A stretch of 64,000 nucleotides of DNA, from assembly GCA_019456075.1 (NCBI GenBank), contig VRUN01000003.1:1794-65793 (forward strand), given 5' to 3'. This document shows, one piece after another, positions 46,001-55,271 of the stretch; within the stretch, counting starts at the first letter, position 1, and each line of letters starts with the position of its first letter. Under the pieces are notes generated by a model. That model made no database searches. It saw only the letters and a program-made list of their open reading frames with translations, and was not told the DNA's origin. Position numbers and translations under genes: made by a program. Source of the DNA: Candidatus Methylomirabilota bacterium. Its GTDB lineage: Bacteria > Methylomirabilota > Methylomirabilia > Methylomirabilales > CSP1-5.

Positions 46001-46466
46001 CTTCTCCTTGCGCCAGGAGGCGGCACACCTCACTATTCAGACAGCCAGAGAGGGCCAAGAGGCCCTTGTGGTGTTGGGATAAAAGTTCCTTATCAATCCG
46101 GGGCTTGTAATAAAAGCCTTCCAGATATCCCGCCGTCACCAGCTTGATCAGATTTTTGTAGCCGATCCGGTCCCTCACGAGGAGCGTCAGGTGGTTCGCC
46201 CCTTCATAGTGCCCATCCTGCGGATAACGCTCCAGACGGGACTCGGGAGCCACATACACCTCACAACCGATGATCGGCTTGATCCCCTCCTTCTGGGCCA
46301 GGCGGTAAAAATCGATTGCCCCAAAGAGGTTGCCGTGATCCGTGACGGCGAGAGCGGGCATCTTGAATTCCTTTGCCTTCCGCACCAACTTCTCGAGATG
46401 GCATGCCCCATCCAGCAAACTATACTGGCTATGGACGTGCAGATGCACAAAGCCCGCGTGCGGCAT
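43032..46466 (-). CDS. dnaE: DNA polymerase III alpha subunit
   Basis: PHP domain start FVHLHVHSQYSLLDG. About 1144 aa with the pol III alpha core and an OB fold. Confidence 0.97.
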   Translation of the reverse strand: MPHAGFVHLHVHSQYSLLDGACHLEKLVRKAKEFKMPALAVTDHGNLFGAIDFYRLAQKEGIKPIIGCEVYVAPESRLERYPQDGHYEGANHLTLLVRDRIGYKNLIKLVTAGYLEGFYYKPRIDKELLSQHHKGLLALSGCLNSEVCRLLAQGEEGKALEVAAWYRDLFGRDNYFLELQFHGIEPQRAVNQSLLRLAKELGLSVVATNDVHYLNAGDHKAHDTLLCIQTGKAVAEKDRMRFTADQFYFKSPQEMQSLFSENPEAIVNTLAIAERCNLQLEFDKIHLPRYEIPPGHTVDSYLGEISWRGLTERYGELTEEAKGRLAMELHAIEKIGFSGYFLIVWDFIRFAKKRGISVGPGRGSVAGSLVAYALGITNIEPLRYGLLFERFLNPERISPPDMDIDFADDRRDEVIEYVAQKYGKDNVAQVITFGTLGAKAVIRDVGRALGMPYGEVDKIAKMVPSILNVTLDDAVAQSPPLRQAVHSVPEINELWQIARVLEGLTRHASTHAAGVVISGEPLIEHLPLYRGTKGEITTQYAMGAIEKIGLIKMDFLGLRTLTVIANTLKLLKETRGVEVVADQIPFDDPRTFQLLSEAKTLGVFQLESAGMRDLLRRLRPERLEDVIALVALYRPGPMEMIPDFINRRHGRVEIEYNHPLMEKYLKETYGVMVYQEQVMQIASEMAGFTMGEADILRRAMGKKDLDLMGRQREKFVAGAAARHVPKAKAEKIFDLMAQFAGYGFNKSHAAAYAVVAYQTAYLKANYPLEFMAALLTSEMGDTDKTVKYIEECRQMAIDILPPDVNESGSTFRVVEGQLRFGLVAVKNLGETAIQSILNARLTGGKLTSLHDFCERVDLRLVNKRVIESLIKCGAFDSLGYHRSQLMASVDQAMEAASAVHRDRAKGQVSLLEMLGGVASQIKPPHLHDIPEWSHAQRLTAEREILGFYITGHPLSEYEALLKRYATAASDELSNLRDKETVSLCGIITAVKEISTKSGDRMAFVTLEDLRGSVELIVFPDLYRSKMLHLVKDNPVLVRGQVDIGEEVVKLLLADVQPLGDLQGKGEGGLEIALRAEVLSDEVLRQIRMAAANFRGPVPLRLRLHLDGGSAVVIEAGEGLTVSPVPEFISQVEKILGPGSVGVTS

Positions 46467-46483
46467 CACAAATCCTTTCGCAC

Positions 46484-48019
46484 CTACTCCCACTCGATGG
46501 TGCTTGGGGGTTTCGAGGAGACGTCGTATACGACCCGGTTGACCCCCTTCACCTCGTTGATGATCCGATTCGAGATGAGGCCCACCACCTCGTAGGGGAG
46601 CCTGGCCCAGTCGGCGGTCATGCCGTCCTCGGAGGTGACAGCCCGGAGGCCAACGACGTTCTCGTAAGTCCGGGCATCACCCATGACCCCGACACTCCTC
46701 ACCGGGAGAAGGACGGCGAAGCCCTGCCAGAGGCCCTCATACAATCCGGCGCGCTTGATCTCTTCCTCTACGATAGCGTCCGCCGCCCGGAGGATATCCA
46801 ACCGCTCTTCCGTCACCTCCCCGATGACACGGACCGCGAGGCCCGGACCCGGGAAAGGCTGCCGCCAGACGATCGTATCTGGAAGACCGAGGTCTCTTCC
46901 AACTTCCCGTACCTCATCCTTGAATAGGTCCCGGAGGGGCTCGATGAGACGAAACTCCATGGTGCTGGGGAGACCGCCAACATTGTGGTGGGTCTTGATG
47001 GTGGCAGAAGGCCCTCGGACTTGCTGGCTTTCGATCACATCCGGGTAGAGGGTTCCCTGCGCCAGAAACTCGATATGGCCCAGCTTCCTCGCCTCTTCTT
47101 CAAAGACCGCGATAAACTCAGCACCAATAATCTTCCGCTTCTCCTCGGGATCGGTCACCCCTTTCAGGGCGGGAACGAAGCGATCCGAGGCGTTCACGGC
47201 GATGACCTTGAGTGTGAGATATTTCTGAAACGTGAGGAGCACAGATTCCGCCTCCCCTTTACGGAGGAGGCCGTTATCGACAAAGACACAGACGAGGCGA
47301 TCCCCTATGGCCCTGTGGACCACCAGGGCAGTGACGGAGGAGTCCACCCCCCCGCTCAACGCGCAGAGGACTCGCTCGTCTCCCACCCGCTCCCGGATTT
47401 GCTCGACGGATTTCTCGATAAAAGACTGTATGGTCCACGTCGGCGAACAGCCGCAAACCCTGAAGAGAAAGTTATTGAGGATCTGTCGACCCTTCGGCGT
47501 ATGAATCACCTCTGGGTGAAATTGAACGGCATACAGGGGGCGGTCTGCGTGCCGCATAGCGGCAAAAGGTGCGTTCTCCGTATGAGCGATGGGAATCCAT
47601 TCGGACGGGAGATCAAGCACCTTGTCTCCGTGGCTCATCCAGGCAATCGTCTCCGTCCCGAGCCCCGCGAGGAGGTCCGAAGGGTCGTCAATTCGGAGGT
47701 CTGCCTTGCCGTACTCCCTCTCGTGCGCCGGAGCGACCTTCCCACCTAGGAGGTGGGTCAATACCTGCATCCCATAGCAAATCCCCAAAACCGGCCGGTT
47801 GAGGGCCAGGACCTCAGGATCGAGGAGTGGTGAATCCCGATCGTAGACACTGGCGGGCCCCCCAGACAGGATAATCCCCCTCGGATTGAACTGTCGGACG
47901 GTGTGGATCGGCGTGTGACACGGAAGGATCTCGCAGTAGACTCGGCACTCCCGCACGCGCCGGGCGATGAGCTGGGTGGTCTGCGAGCCAAAGTCGAGGA
48001 TAAGGATCTTATCCGTCAT
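46484..48019 (-). CDS. guaA: GMP synthase (glutamine-hydrolysing)
   Basis: GATase domain ([15 protein letters not shown]), an ATP-PPase SGGVDSS motif and C-terminal ...PPSTIEWE. Confidence 0.96.
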   Translation of the reverse strand: MTDKILILDFGSQTTQLIARRVRECRVYCEILPCHTPIHTVRQFNPRGIILSGGPASVYDRDSPLLDPEVLALNRPVLGICYGMQVLTHLLGGKVAPAHEREYGKADLRIDDPSDLLAGLGTETIAWMSHGDKVLDLPSEWIPIAHTENAPFAAMRHADRPLYAVQFHPEVIHTPKGRQILNNFLFRVCGCSPTWTIQSFIEKSVEQIRERVGDERVLCALSGGVDSSVTALVVHRAIGDRLVCVFVDNGLLRKGEAESVLLTFQKYLTLKVIAVNASDRFVPALKGVTDPEEKRKIIGAEFIAVFEEEARKLGHIEFLAQGTLYPDVIESQQVRGPSATIKTHHNVGGLPSTMEFRLIEPLRDLFKDEVREVGRDLGLPDTIVWRQPFPGPGLAVRVIGEVTEERLDILRAADAIVEEEIKRAGLYEGLWQGFAVLLPVRSVGVMGDARTYENVVGLRAVTSEDGMTADWARLPYEVVGLISNRIINEVKGVNRVVYDVSSKPPSTIEWE

Positions 48020-48127
48020 TGGCGTAAAGGGGCGGCCGATAGGGTAAAGAAAGCCTAACCTTCGTCGAATGCGGAAGAGCAACGTGCATAATGAGGCCGC
48101 AGGACAATCACTCCACGTTCGCCGCGT

Positions 48128-48235
48128 CTAGTGCCGTCCCAACTTGATAATCCGAATTTGAGTGGCGTGCCTTGTTGCAATGATCAAGAGCGAGTGCAGC
48201 GAGAAAGTTGGCACAGATGGTTGGGACGGCACTAG
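48128..48235. repeat. 108-bp element bounded by 16-bp perfect inverted repeats
   Basis: CTAGTGCCGTCCCAAC (48128-48143) and GTTGGGACGGCACTAG (48220-48235). The right arm overlaps the guaB stop codon. The element lies in the guaB-guaA spacer. Confidence 0.85.
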
Positions 48236-49719
48236 CTTTCCATACGGTAGTTGGGCGCTTCCCTCGTGATGATGACGTCGTGAACGTGTGACTCTCGGAG
48301 GCCGGCATTGGTAATCTTGATGAAGCGACCATTCTGCCGAAGCTCCTCCACGCTGCGGCAACCACAGTACCCCATCCCGGCCCTGAGTCCTCCCACCATT
48401 TGGAAGACATTCGCGGCGAGCGTTCCGCGGTAGGGAACTCGCCCCTCGATTCCCTCGGGGACCAACTTCCCCTCCTCGCTTTCCCTCTCCTGAAGGTAGC
48501 GGTCTCGTCCTCCGCGTTGCATGGCCCCCAACGACCCCATCCCGCGATACACCTTGTAGCTCCGGCCTTGATAGATCACGGTCTCACCCGGGCCCTCTTC
48601 CGTCCCGGCGAAGAGCCCGCCGATCATCACGGCATGGGCCCCGGCGGCGATGGCCTTCGTGACGTCTCCCGAATGTTTCACTCCCCCATCCGCAATGATG
48701 GGAATCTCATGCCGATTCGTGACGGCAGCGCACGTTGCAATGGCGGTGACTTGAGGCACTCCCGCGCCCGCCACCACCCGCGTGGTACAGATCGACCCTG
48801 GACCGATCCCAACCTTGATCCCATCAACTCCAGCCTGGATTAGATCCTCTGCCCCTTGGGCGGTGGCCACGTTGCCGGCAATTACCTCGGCCTGCGGGTG
48901 AGTCTGCTTGATCCAGCGGACCGTCTCGATGACGGACTGCGAGTGTCCATGGGCCGTGTCCACCACGACCACGTCGACGCCAGCCTTCAGGAGGAGGGGG
49001 ACCCGCACTTCGGCATCCTCCTCGACCCCCACCGCTGTCCCGACGCGAAGTCGCCCCAGGGAGTCTTTACAGGCATGGGGATACTTTCGGCGCTTTTCGA
49101 TATCCTTGATGGTGATAAGTCCCTTGAGAATGAACTGCTCGTCCACCACCGGAAGCTTCTCAATCCGATGCTGGTGAAGAACCTCCTTCGCCTCCTCCAG
49201 AGAGGTCCCGACAGGCGCAGTGATGAGGCGGTCCCTGGTCATCACTGCCGAGATGGGAAGGTCGAGCTTGGTCTCAAACCTGAGATCCCTGTTGGTCAGG
49301 ATTCCCTCCAGCCTTCCCACCTCATCAGTCACCGGCACCCCGGAGATCCGGTACCGCTCCATGATCTCGAGCGCCTCGTAGATCTTCTGTGTGGGGCGGA
49401 CGGTGATCGGGTCCACGATCATTCCACTCTCGGACTTCTTGACCTTATCTACCTCCGCCGCCTGCCGTTCCGCCGAGAAGGCCCGATGGATGATCCCGAT
49501 CCCCCCCTCCCGGGCCAGCGCAATGGCGAATCGCGCCTCGGTCACCGTGTCCATGGCCGCGGAGACCAGGGGGATATTGATCCGGATGCGCCTGGTCAGC
49601 CCTGTAGAGACGTCAACCTCACGTGGGTGGACCTCGGATTTGGCCGGAAGCAGCAGGACATCGTCGAAGGTGAGCCCCTCTTCTAACGGCCCATCTAGCA
49701 TTGCACCTCTCCCCTCCAT
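48232..49719 (-). CDS. guaB: IMP dehydrogenase
   Basis: 495 aa with a TIM barrel, a CBS pair insert and a catalytic loop [11 protein letters not shown]. Confidence 0.97.
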   Translation of the reverse strand: MEGRGAMLDGPLEEGLTFDDVLLLPAKSEVHPREVDVSTGLTRRIRINIPLVSAAMDTVTEARFAIALAREGGIGIIHRAFSAERQAAEVDKVKKSESGMIVDPITVRPTQKIYEALEIMERYRISGVPVTDEVGRLEGILTNRDLRFETKLDLPISAVMTRDRLITAPVGTSLEEAKEVLHQHRIEKLPVVDEQFILKGLITIKDIEKRRKYPHACKDSLGRLRVGTAVGVEEDAEVRVPLLLKAGVDVVVVDTAHGHSQSVIETVRWIKQTHPQAEVIAGNVATAQGAEDLIQAGVDGIKVGIGPGSICTTRVVAGAGVPQVTAIATCAAVTNRHEIPIIADGGVKHSGDVTKAIAAGAHAVMIGGLFAGTEEGPGETVIYQGRSYKVYRGMGSLGAMQRGGRDRYLQERESEEGKLVPEGIEGRVPYRGTLAANVFQMVGGLRAGMGYCGCRSVEELRQNGRFIKITNAGLRESHVHDVIITREAPNYRMES

Positions 49720-49807
49720 TACAAGACGTTGATGATTAAAGCCAATCTACCCCAATATGTAGCGTCCGTCAAGGCCCAGGAATTACGCGCCGCGGCAGCT
49801 TGCGGAG

Positions 49808-50794
49808 TCAGATCCCCATCGCCTCCTTGGCCACCAACAGGGTCTGCCGGGCCACCTTCCGGGCACCCTCTGTCCCCGCCGCAAGAATCTCCTCCACCAG
49901 TCCCGCCTGCCCGGCGAGCTTTACTCGCCGCTCATAGATGGGGGAGAGGACCGGAAGCATATGCTTGAGCAGCACGCCCTTGCAGTCGAGACAGCCGATA
50001 GCTGCGGTCCGACACCCCGGTACCACATAGCTTTCCCGTTCGTCCTTGGGTGTAAAGATCTTATGCAGGTCATAGACCGGGCAGACGTCTGGGTTGCCCG
50101 GATCGGTCCGACGGATCCGAGCCGGGTCAGTGATCATCGGTTTCACCTTGTGCTCAACCGCCTCCGGGGAATCCGACAGATAGATGCAGTTATTGTAGCT
50201 CTTGGACATTTTGCGACCGTCGGTCCCCGGGATCTTCGGAAACTCGGTCAACATCGACTCCGGAATGGTGAAGACCGGCTTGTAGAGGTGATTGAAGCGA
50301 CGGGCAATCTCGCGGGTGAGTTCAATGTGGGGAAGCTGATCGACCCCCACCGGCACATAGTTGGCCTGATAGATCAGGATATCCGCTGCCTGCAATACCG
50401 GGTAGCCCAGGAAACCAAACGTGCTGAGGTCCTTGTTCGTCACCTCCTGAAGCTGCTCCTTGTACGTGGGGTTCCGCTCCAACCACGGGAGGGGAGTGAT
50501 CATGGAGAGTAGGAGGTGGAGCTCCGCGTGTTCCGGGAGGCGGGACTGAATAAAGAGGACCGCCTTCTCGGGATCGATTCCGGCACTCAGCCAGTCGAGG
50601 ACGACCTCCCGGGTGTGTTCCTGGAGGCGGCTGGGATCGGCATAATCGGAGGTCAGGGCGTGCCAGTCGGCGACAAAGAAGTAGCTCTCGTACTCGTCTT
50701 GCAGCTGCCTCCAGTTTTCTAACGCCCCGAAGAGGTGGCCCAAATGCAGCCGACCCGTAGGCCGCATGCCACTCAGGACCCGTCCCTGTCGCAT
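49808..50794 (-). CDS. trpS: Tryptophan--tRNA ligase
   Basis: HIGH-type TGRLHLGH, KMSKS (RKMSKSYNN), 328 aa. Confidence 0.95.
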   Translation of the reverse strand: MRQGRVLSGMRPTGRLHLGHLFGALENWRQLQDEYESYFFVADWHALTSDYADPSRLQEHTREVVLDWLSAGIDPEKAVLFIQSRLPEHAELHLLLSMITPLPWLERNPTYKEQLQEVTNKDLSTFGFLGYPVLQAADILIYQANYVPVGVDQLPHIELTREIARRFNHLYKPVFTIPESMLTEFPKIPGTDGRKMSKSYNNCIYLSDSPEAVEHKVKPMITDPARIRRTDPGNPDVCPVYDLHKIFTPKDERESYVVPGCRTAAIGCLDCKGVLLKHMLPVLSPIYERRVKLAGQAGLVEEILAAGTEGARKVARQTLLVAKEAMGI

Positions 50795-51022
50795 CCGTCT
50801 CCTCCGAAGCGACGCGCGTTACAGCAGCAATGCCTCCACCATGGAGTTCATTGGCCAGGTCACCTGTCCCCCTGCCATTGCAAAGACCAGACCCAGCACT
50901 AAGGCGACCTCAGGTAGCTCAATCTGCCGACAGGTCAGTCTCTGTGTAGGCCCAAAAAGACCGGACAAGACCTGGCTCCCGTCGAGAGGCAGGATGGTGT
51001 GGTGAGAATATGATTATAGCGC

Positions 51023-51051
51023 AAGCTACCAAAGGCACCCCCCTTTGTCAA
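51023..51051 (-). promoter_or_regulatory. sigma70-like promoter candidate heading a ~220-nt trpS leader
   Basis: The minus strand reads TTGACA, a 17-nt spacer, then TAGCTT. A perfect TATAAT hexamer lies 4 nt further downstream. Confidence 0.4.
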
Positions 51052-51109
51052 TTTGTCGCAGAATCGCCACTATCGCGACATCCGGGGAGGCCGAAGGTGT
51101 CTACGGGGC

Positions 51110-52414
51110 TCACCGCGGGCGGCCGAAGTGACGACGAAGGAAAGCCACCTCGTCTTCGCGGCTCTTGAGGCGTCCCTCCATTCGCCCCTCCAGCAAACGA
51201 TCCAGGATCCGACGGTAGGTGGGTCCCGGAGGGAAGCCGAACTTTTTGAGATCCTGCCCGGTGAGGGCGGGCCTCACGGAGGCCAGACGGGTGAGATAGC
51301 GCTCGACGCTGTGTCTTACGCGTCGCGCCCCTGAGGCCCACAGAAGGATGCGCAGATCCGCGGACGCGCGATCAAGGAGATATCGAAGACGGCTGGCCCG
51401 AAGGGACCCTTCCTCGAGCTGTTCCTGAAGGAACGCAAAATCTCTGAGCTCCGTCATCAACGCGTCGAGAGGGGGCCCCTTGAGCCCGAGATGCTCCCCG
51501 ACCCGGCGGCGAACCCTGGCAGGAACCGATCGGAGCAGAACCAGAAGATAGACTCGCCACAGGGGAGGCGTCGAAGAGATCCCCCGGCGGTTGTATCGCT
51601 GCCAGGCCCGGCGGACACTCCTCATCTGTGCGAACGCGCCCTGGTCTACGACCAGGGCAGGATCGAGGGCCTTGAGGACTCCTCGATCCTGAAGGATTCT
51701 CAGGGCCGCCTCAGGCGTGGCTTCGTCAAACACCCGCTTCACCTCGCGGAACAGCCGTTCTCTCGAGAGCCGTTGCAACACCTTTTCCGCCAGCACGTTT
51801 CGGATCAGCCGTCGGTCCCGTGGGCTGAAGCGGAGGCGATATCGGGCAGCATACCGGGATCCTCGGAAGATCCGGGTCGGGTCATCCCGGTAGCTCTCAT
51901 CGTGGAGGACCCGTAGAAATCCTCTCTTGAGGTCCGTGAGCCCGCCGAAGAGATCGAGGAGTTCTTCCCCCTTAGGGGCAACCCGGACCGCCATGGCGTT
52001 TATGGTAAAGTCCCGGCGAAACAGATCATCTCGAATCGTTCCCGGGAAGACCTGTGGCAGCGCAGCAGGATGCACATAGCGTTCGCGCCGGGCGGTGGCC
52101 ACATCGAGCCGCAAGCCGTCCCGCAGGATAAGGGCAGCCGTCCCAAACCGGGGATGGATCGTCGCCCTTGTGCCCGGCTCGGCCGCTAAGGCTTTCGCAT
52201 ACGCGATGCCATCCCCGACCACCGTCAGGTCGAGATCGGCGCTGGCGCGCCTCAGGATGAGGTCGCGCACCGGCCCCCCGACGAGGTAGACCGACACTCT
52301 CCGCCGATTGCCGAGAACTCTCGCGGCCCCGATCAGTTCTTGCTGCCGGTGCGGCAGACGCCCCAGAAGTTTTTGAACCAGAACTTGACGTCTCTTTCGG
52401 GTGGGATGTCTCAC
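51110..52414 (-). CDS. cca: tRNA nucleotidyltransferase / poly(A) polymerase family (CCA-adding type)
   Basis: Head domain GGPVRDLILRR..DLDL and RDFTINA. Confidence 0.85.
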   Translation of the reverse strand: MRHPTRKRRQVLVQKLLGRLPHRQQELIGAARVLGNRRRVSVYLVGGPVRDLILRRASADLDLTVVGDGIAYAKALAAEPGTRATIHPRFGTAALILRDGLRLDVATARRERYVHPAALPQVFPGTIRDDLFRRDFTINAMAVRVAPKGEELLDLFGGLTDLKRGFLRVLHDESYRDDPTRIFRGSRYAARYRLRFSPRDRRLIRNVLAEKVLQRLSRERLFREVKRVFDEATPEAALRILQDRGVLKALDPALVVDQGAFAQMRSVRRAWQRYNRRGISSTPPLWRVYLLVLLRSVPARVRRRVGEHLGLKGPPLDALMTELRDFAFLQEQLEEGSLRASRLRYLLDRASADLRILLWASGARRVRHSVERYLTRLASVRPALTGQDLKKFGFPPGPTYRRILDRLLEGRMEGRLKSREDEVAFLRRHFGRPR

Positions 52415-53142
52415 TTGAGAAAGGCAAGCGGGTCTTTGGCCTTGCCCCCTCGTCGGATCTCGAAGTGGACGTATGGGGTCTCGGCGACCCCGGTCATCCC
52501 TACCTCGGCGATGACCTCCCCCTTTTTCACCTTTTCCCCCCTTCTCACCAGGTTCACCCGATTGTGGGCGTACACCGTGGCAAAGCCCCCTTGATGGTCG
52601 ATGATGATCAGATTGCCGTAATCCCGAAGCTCTGACCCGCTATATATGATCTTTCCCTTTTCTGACGCTCGGATCAGGGTTCCATGCTTTGCCGCGATAG
52701 CCAATCCATTATTCTTGAACCCGTCCTCGATCCCGAATTGAGCAATGATCTTCCCCTTGACCGGCCACGTAAAGCGGAGATTGGTGACTCCGGTACTGCT
52801 GGCGGGAAGTTTTCGTTCGAGAACCGCGGTCTCCTCCGGCCGGTAGACTGGAACGTACAGGACCTTCCGGGCGCCGGGAATGAAGATACGATCCCCGGCC
52901 CGAATCTTGGCAGGATCGGAGATCCGGTTGACCCGCTTGAGCTTCTTCATATTCACCCTGTAGGTCTTGGCGATCCGATACAAGCTCTGGCCCGGACGGA
53001 CCGGATGATACACCCCTCTACGGCGCGTTCTGTGCCCGCCGCAGGCCGCGAGGAGAAGCAAGAGCAGGCAAAGGACAACGAGGTACCGATGCCTCACGGT
53101 CCCCTCTCCGCGAACTCCCGGCGCAAACAGTCCGGAAGGCAA
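52411..53142 (-). CDS. LysM + M23 peptidase (NlpD-like murein endopeptidase)
   Basis: Signal/lipobox-like LLLLAAC, LysM (HPVRPGQSLYRIAKTY) and M23 (HQGGFATVYAHN...GMTG..T.PYVHFEIR). Confidence 0.88.
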   Translation of the reverse strand: MPSGLFAPGVRGEGTVRHRYLVVLCLLLLLLAACGGHRTRRRGVYHPVRPGQSLYRIAKTYRVNMKKLKRVNRISDPAKIRAGDRIFIPGARKVLYVPVYRPEETAVLERKLPASSTGVTNLRFTWPVKGKIIAQFGIEDGFKNNGLAIAAKHGTLIRASEKGKIIYSGSELRDYGNLIIIDHQGGFATVYAHNRVNLVRRGEKVKKGEVIAEVGMTGVAETPYVHFEIRRGGKAKDPLAFLK

Positions 53143-55271
53143 CTATGTCGCTCCCGGAGCCGGGCATTTCTCACGGCGATCGCGACGGCCTGCCTGGTGC
53201 CGACCATAACGACGAGGCGCCTTCCTCGGCTCAGGGCCGTGTACAGGAGATTTCGCTGAAGCATGACGTAGTGCGACGTGTGCAGCGGACAGACGACAGC
53301 CGGATACTCACTCCCCTGGCTCTTATGGACCGAGATGGCGTAGGCCAGGTTGAGCTCATCGAGTTCGCTCCATGCGTAGACGACCTCCCCCTGTTCGAAT
53401 CGGACCCAGAGCTGATGTTCTTCCCGGTCGATCCGAACGATCCGGCCCAGGTCGCCGTTATAGACCTCTTTGTCATAGTTATTCCGGACCTGCATCACCC
53501 GGTCTCCCACCCGGAGATGCCGTCCGCCCCCAACGATCGCCTCGCCGTCCGGGTTGAGGGCCGCCTGAAGATCCTGATTCAGCGTGGCGACCCCGAGGGA
53601 GCCCCGGTTCATCGGGGTGATGACCTGGATATCCTGGAGCGGATCGAGGCCGTAGCGCCGCGGGATCTCTGTGGTCACGAGCGTTCTCACCCGATCCCGA
53701 ACAGCCTCGGGGTCATTATGTTCAATGAAGGCGAAGTCCGCCGTCCCGAACTCAGGGAGATGTGGCATCTCCCCTCGGTTGACCCGATGGGCATTCACCA
53801 CGATGTGACTCTCTTTGGCCTGACGAAAAATCTCCGTGAGCCGCATCACCGGAACGGACGTCGAAGCAATCAGATCGTGAAGTAGTGATCCCGGCCCCAC
53901 CGGGGGGAGCTGGTCGGCATCCCCCACGAGAAGTAGGGCTGCCATCGGCGGGAGCGCCTTGAGAAGGTGGTTCATCAAAATCAGGTCGATCATCGAAGCT
54001 TCGTCCACCACTAACAGATCCGTCTTAAGGGGGCGGACGTCGTTTCTTTTGAACTTTCCTTCCTTCGGACTGAACTCCAATAATCGGTGAAGCGTCATGG
54101 CCTCCCGACCCGTGGCCTCGGCCATCCGCTTGGCCGCTCGGCCGGTGGGAGCCGCCAGGAGGAGACGGACCCCTTTCCGTTGAAGGATTTCGATGAGCGC
54201 TCGCAGGAGGGTCGTCTTTCCCGTCCCCGGGCCGCCGGTAATGATCAGGATCTTCGCTTGAAGGGCCTTTTGGAGGGCCTCCCGTTGCCCGGAGGTGAAC
54301 CGAATGTCGCTCCTCGCCTCCGCCCACTGGATGGCCCGGGGGAGGTCAATCGGGGGGCCGAGGCGGGGTGCTTTGGCCAGGAGAGCCAACCGACGGCTGA
54401 CCCCCTCCTCAGCCTGATACAGCAGAGGGAGATAAACGGCGGTATCCCCGGGCAGGGGAGTACAGACCACCGCCTTTTCTTCCTGAAGGTGCGCGAGGGT
54501 CTGCTGAAGAAGAGCCACATCCCTGATCCCCAAGAGCTCAGCGGTTTCGTGACAGAGGCGGGAGGATGGATAGTACACATGCCCGGCTTCGGTGGCCTCC
54601 TCCAAGAGATAGAGGAGGCTGGCGGCAACCCGCCTGGGGGAATCCTTGGCTATCCCGATGGACGCGCCGATCCGGTCGGCGGTCTTGAAGCCGATGCCCG
54701 CAATCTCACGGGCCAACCGGTAGGGATCCTCCCGAATCGTGAGGGGGGCTGAAGGACCATAGGCTTTGAAGATCCTGAGGGCAAAGGTCGGGGAGATCCG
54801 GTGCTCCTGCAGAAAGAGCATGAGCCCTCTGAGGTGCCGCTGTTCGGTCCAGGCATCCCGGATCCGAGCAAGACGGGCCTCCCCAATCCCGTCTACAATC
54901 AGCAGGCGCTCCGGCTCTTCCTCGATGACCCGGAGTGTCTCGGAACCGAAGGTATCCACCACACGCCTCGCGTAGGCAGGGCCAATCCCCCTGATGAGTC
55001 CCGAGGCGAGGTAGCGCTCGATCGCAGCCACCGAGGCCGGAAGAACGCTCTCATACGCTTCGACCTTGAACTGGTCCCCATACCGCGCGTGGCGGATCCA
55101 CTGTCCTGTGAGGCGGATCGTCTCTCCGGGGGTGGCTCCCCAGAGATTCCCCACCACCGTCACGGGATCCCGGTGATCAGGGACCTCCAGACGGGCGACA
55201 ACATATCCGGTCTCCTCATTACAATAATTCACCCGGATGAGGGTTCCCTCGAGAGACCGGGGGCCAATCAC
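53094..55271 (-). CDS. recD2: RecD2-like SF1B DNA helicase
   Basis: 725 aa with GGPGTGKTT Walker A, VDEASM, SVHKSQGSEYPAVV and an N-terminal HhH region. The GTG start overlaps the dinB stop (GTGA). Confidence 0.9.
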   Translation of the reverse strand: MIGPRSLEGTLIRVNYCNEETGYVVARLEVPDHRDPVTVVGNLWGATPGETIRLTGQWIRHARYGDQFKVEAYESVLPASVAAIERYLASGLIRGIGPAYARRVVDTFGSETLRVIEEEPERLLIVDGIGEARLARIRDAWTEQRHLRGLMLFLQEHRISPTFALRIFKAYGPSAPLTIREDPYRLAREIAGIGFKTADRIGASIGIAKDSPRRVAASLLYLLEEATEAGHVYYPSSRLCHETAELLGIRDVALLQQTLAHLQEEKAVVCTPLPGDTAVYLPLLYQAEEGVSRRLALLAKAPRLGPPIDLPRAIQWAEARSDIRFTSGQREALQKALQAKILIITGGPGTGKTTLLRALIEILQRKGVRLLLAAPTGRAAKRMAEATGREAMTLHRLLEFSPKEGKFKRNDVRPLKTDLLVVDEASMIDLILMNHLLKALPPMAALLLVGDADQLPPVGPGSLLHDLIASTSVPVMRLTEIFRQAKESHIVVNAHRVNRGEMPHLPEFGTADFAFIEHNDPEAVRDRVRTLVTTEIPRRYGLDPLQDIQVITPMNRGSLGVATLNQDLQAALNPDGEAIVGGGRHLRVGDRVMQVRNNYDKEVYNGDLGRIVRIDREEHQLWVRFEQGEVVYAWSELDELNLAYAISVHKSQGSEYPAVVCPLHTSHYVMLQRNLLYTALSRGRRLVVMVGTRQAVAIAVRNARLRERHSCLPDCLRREFAERGP

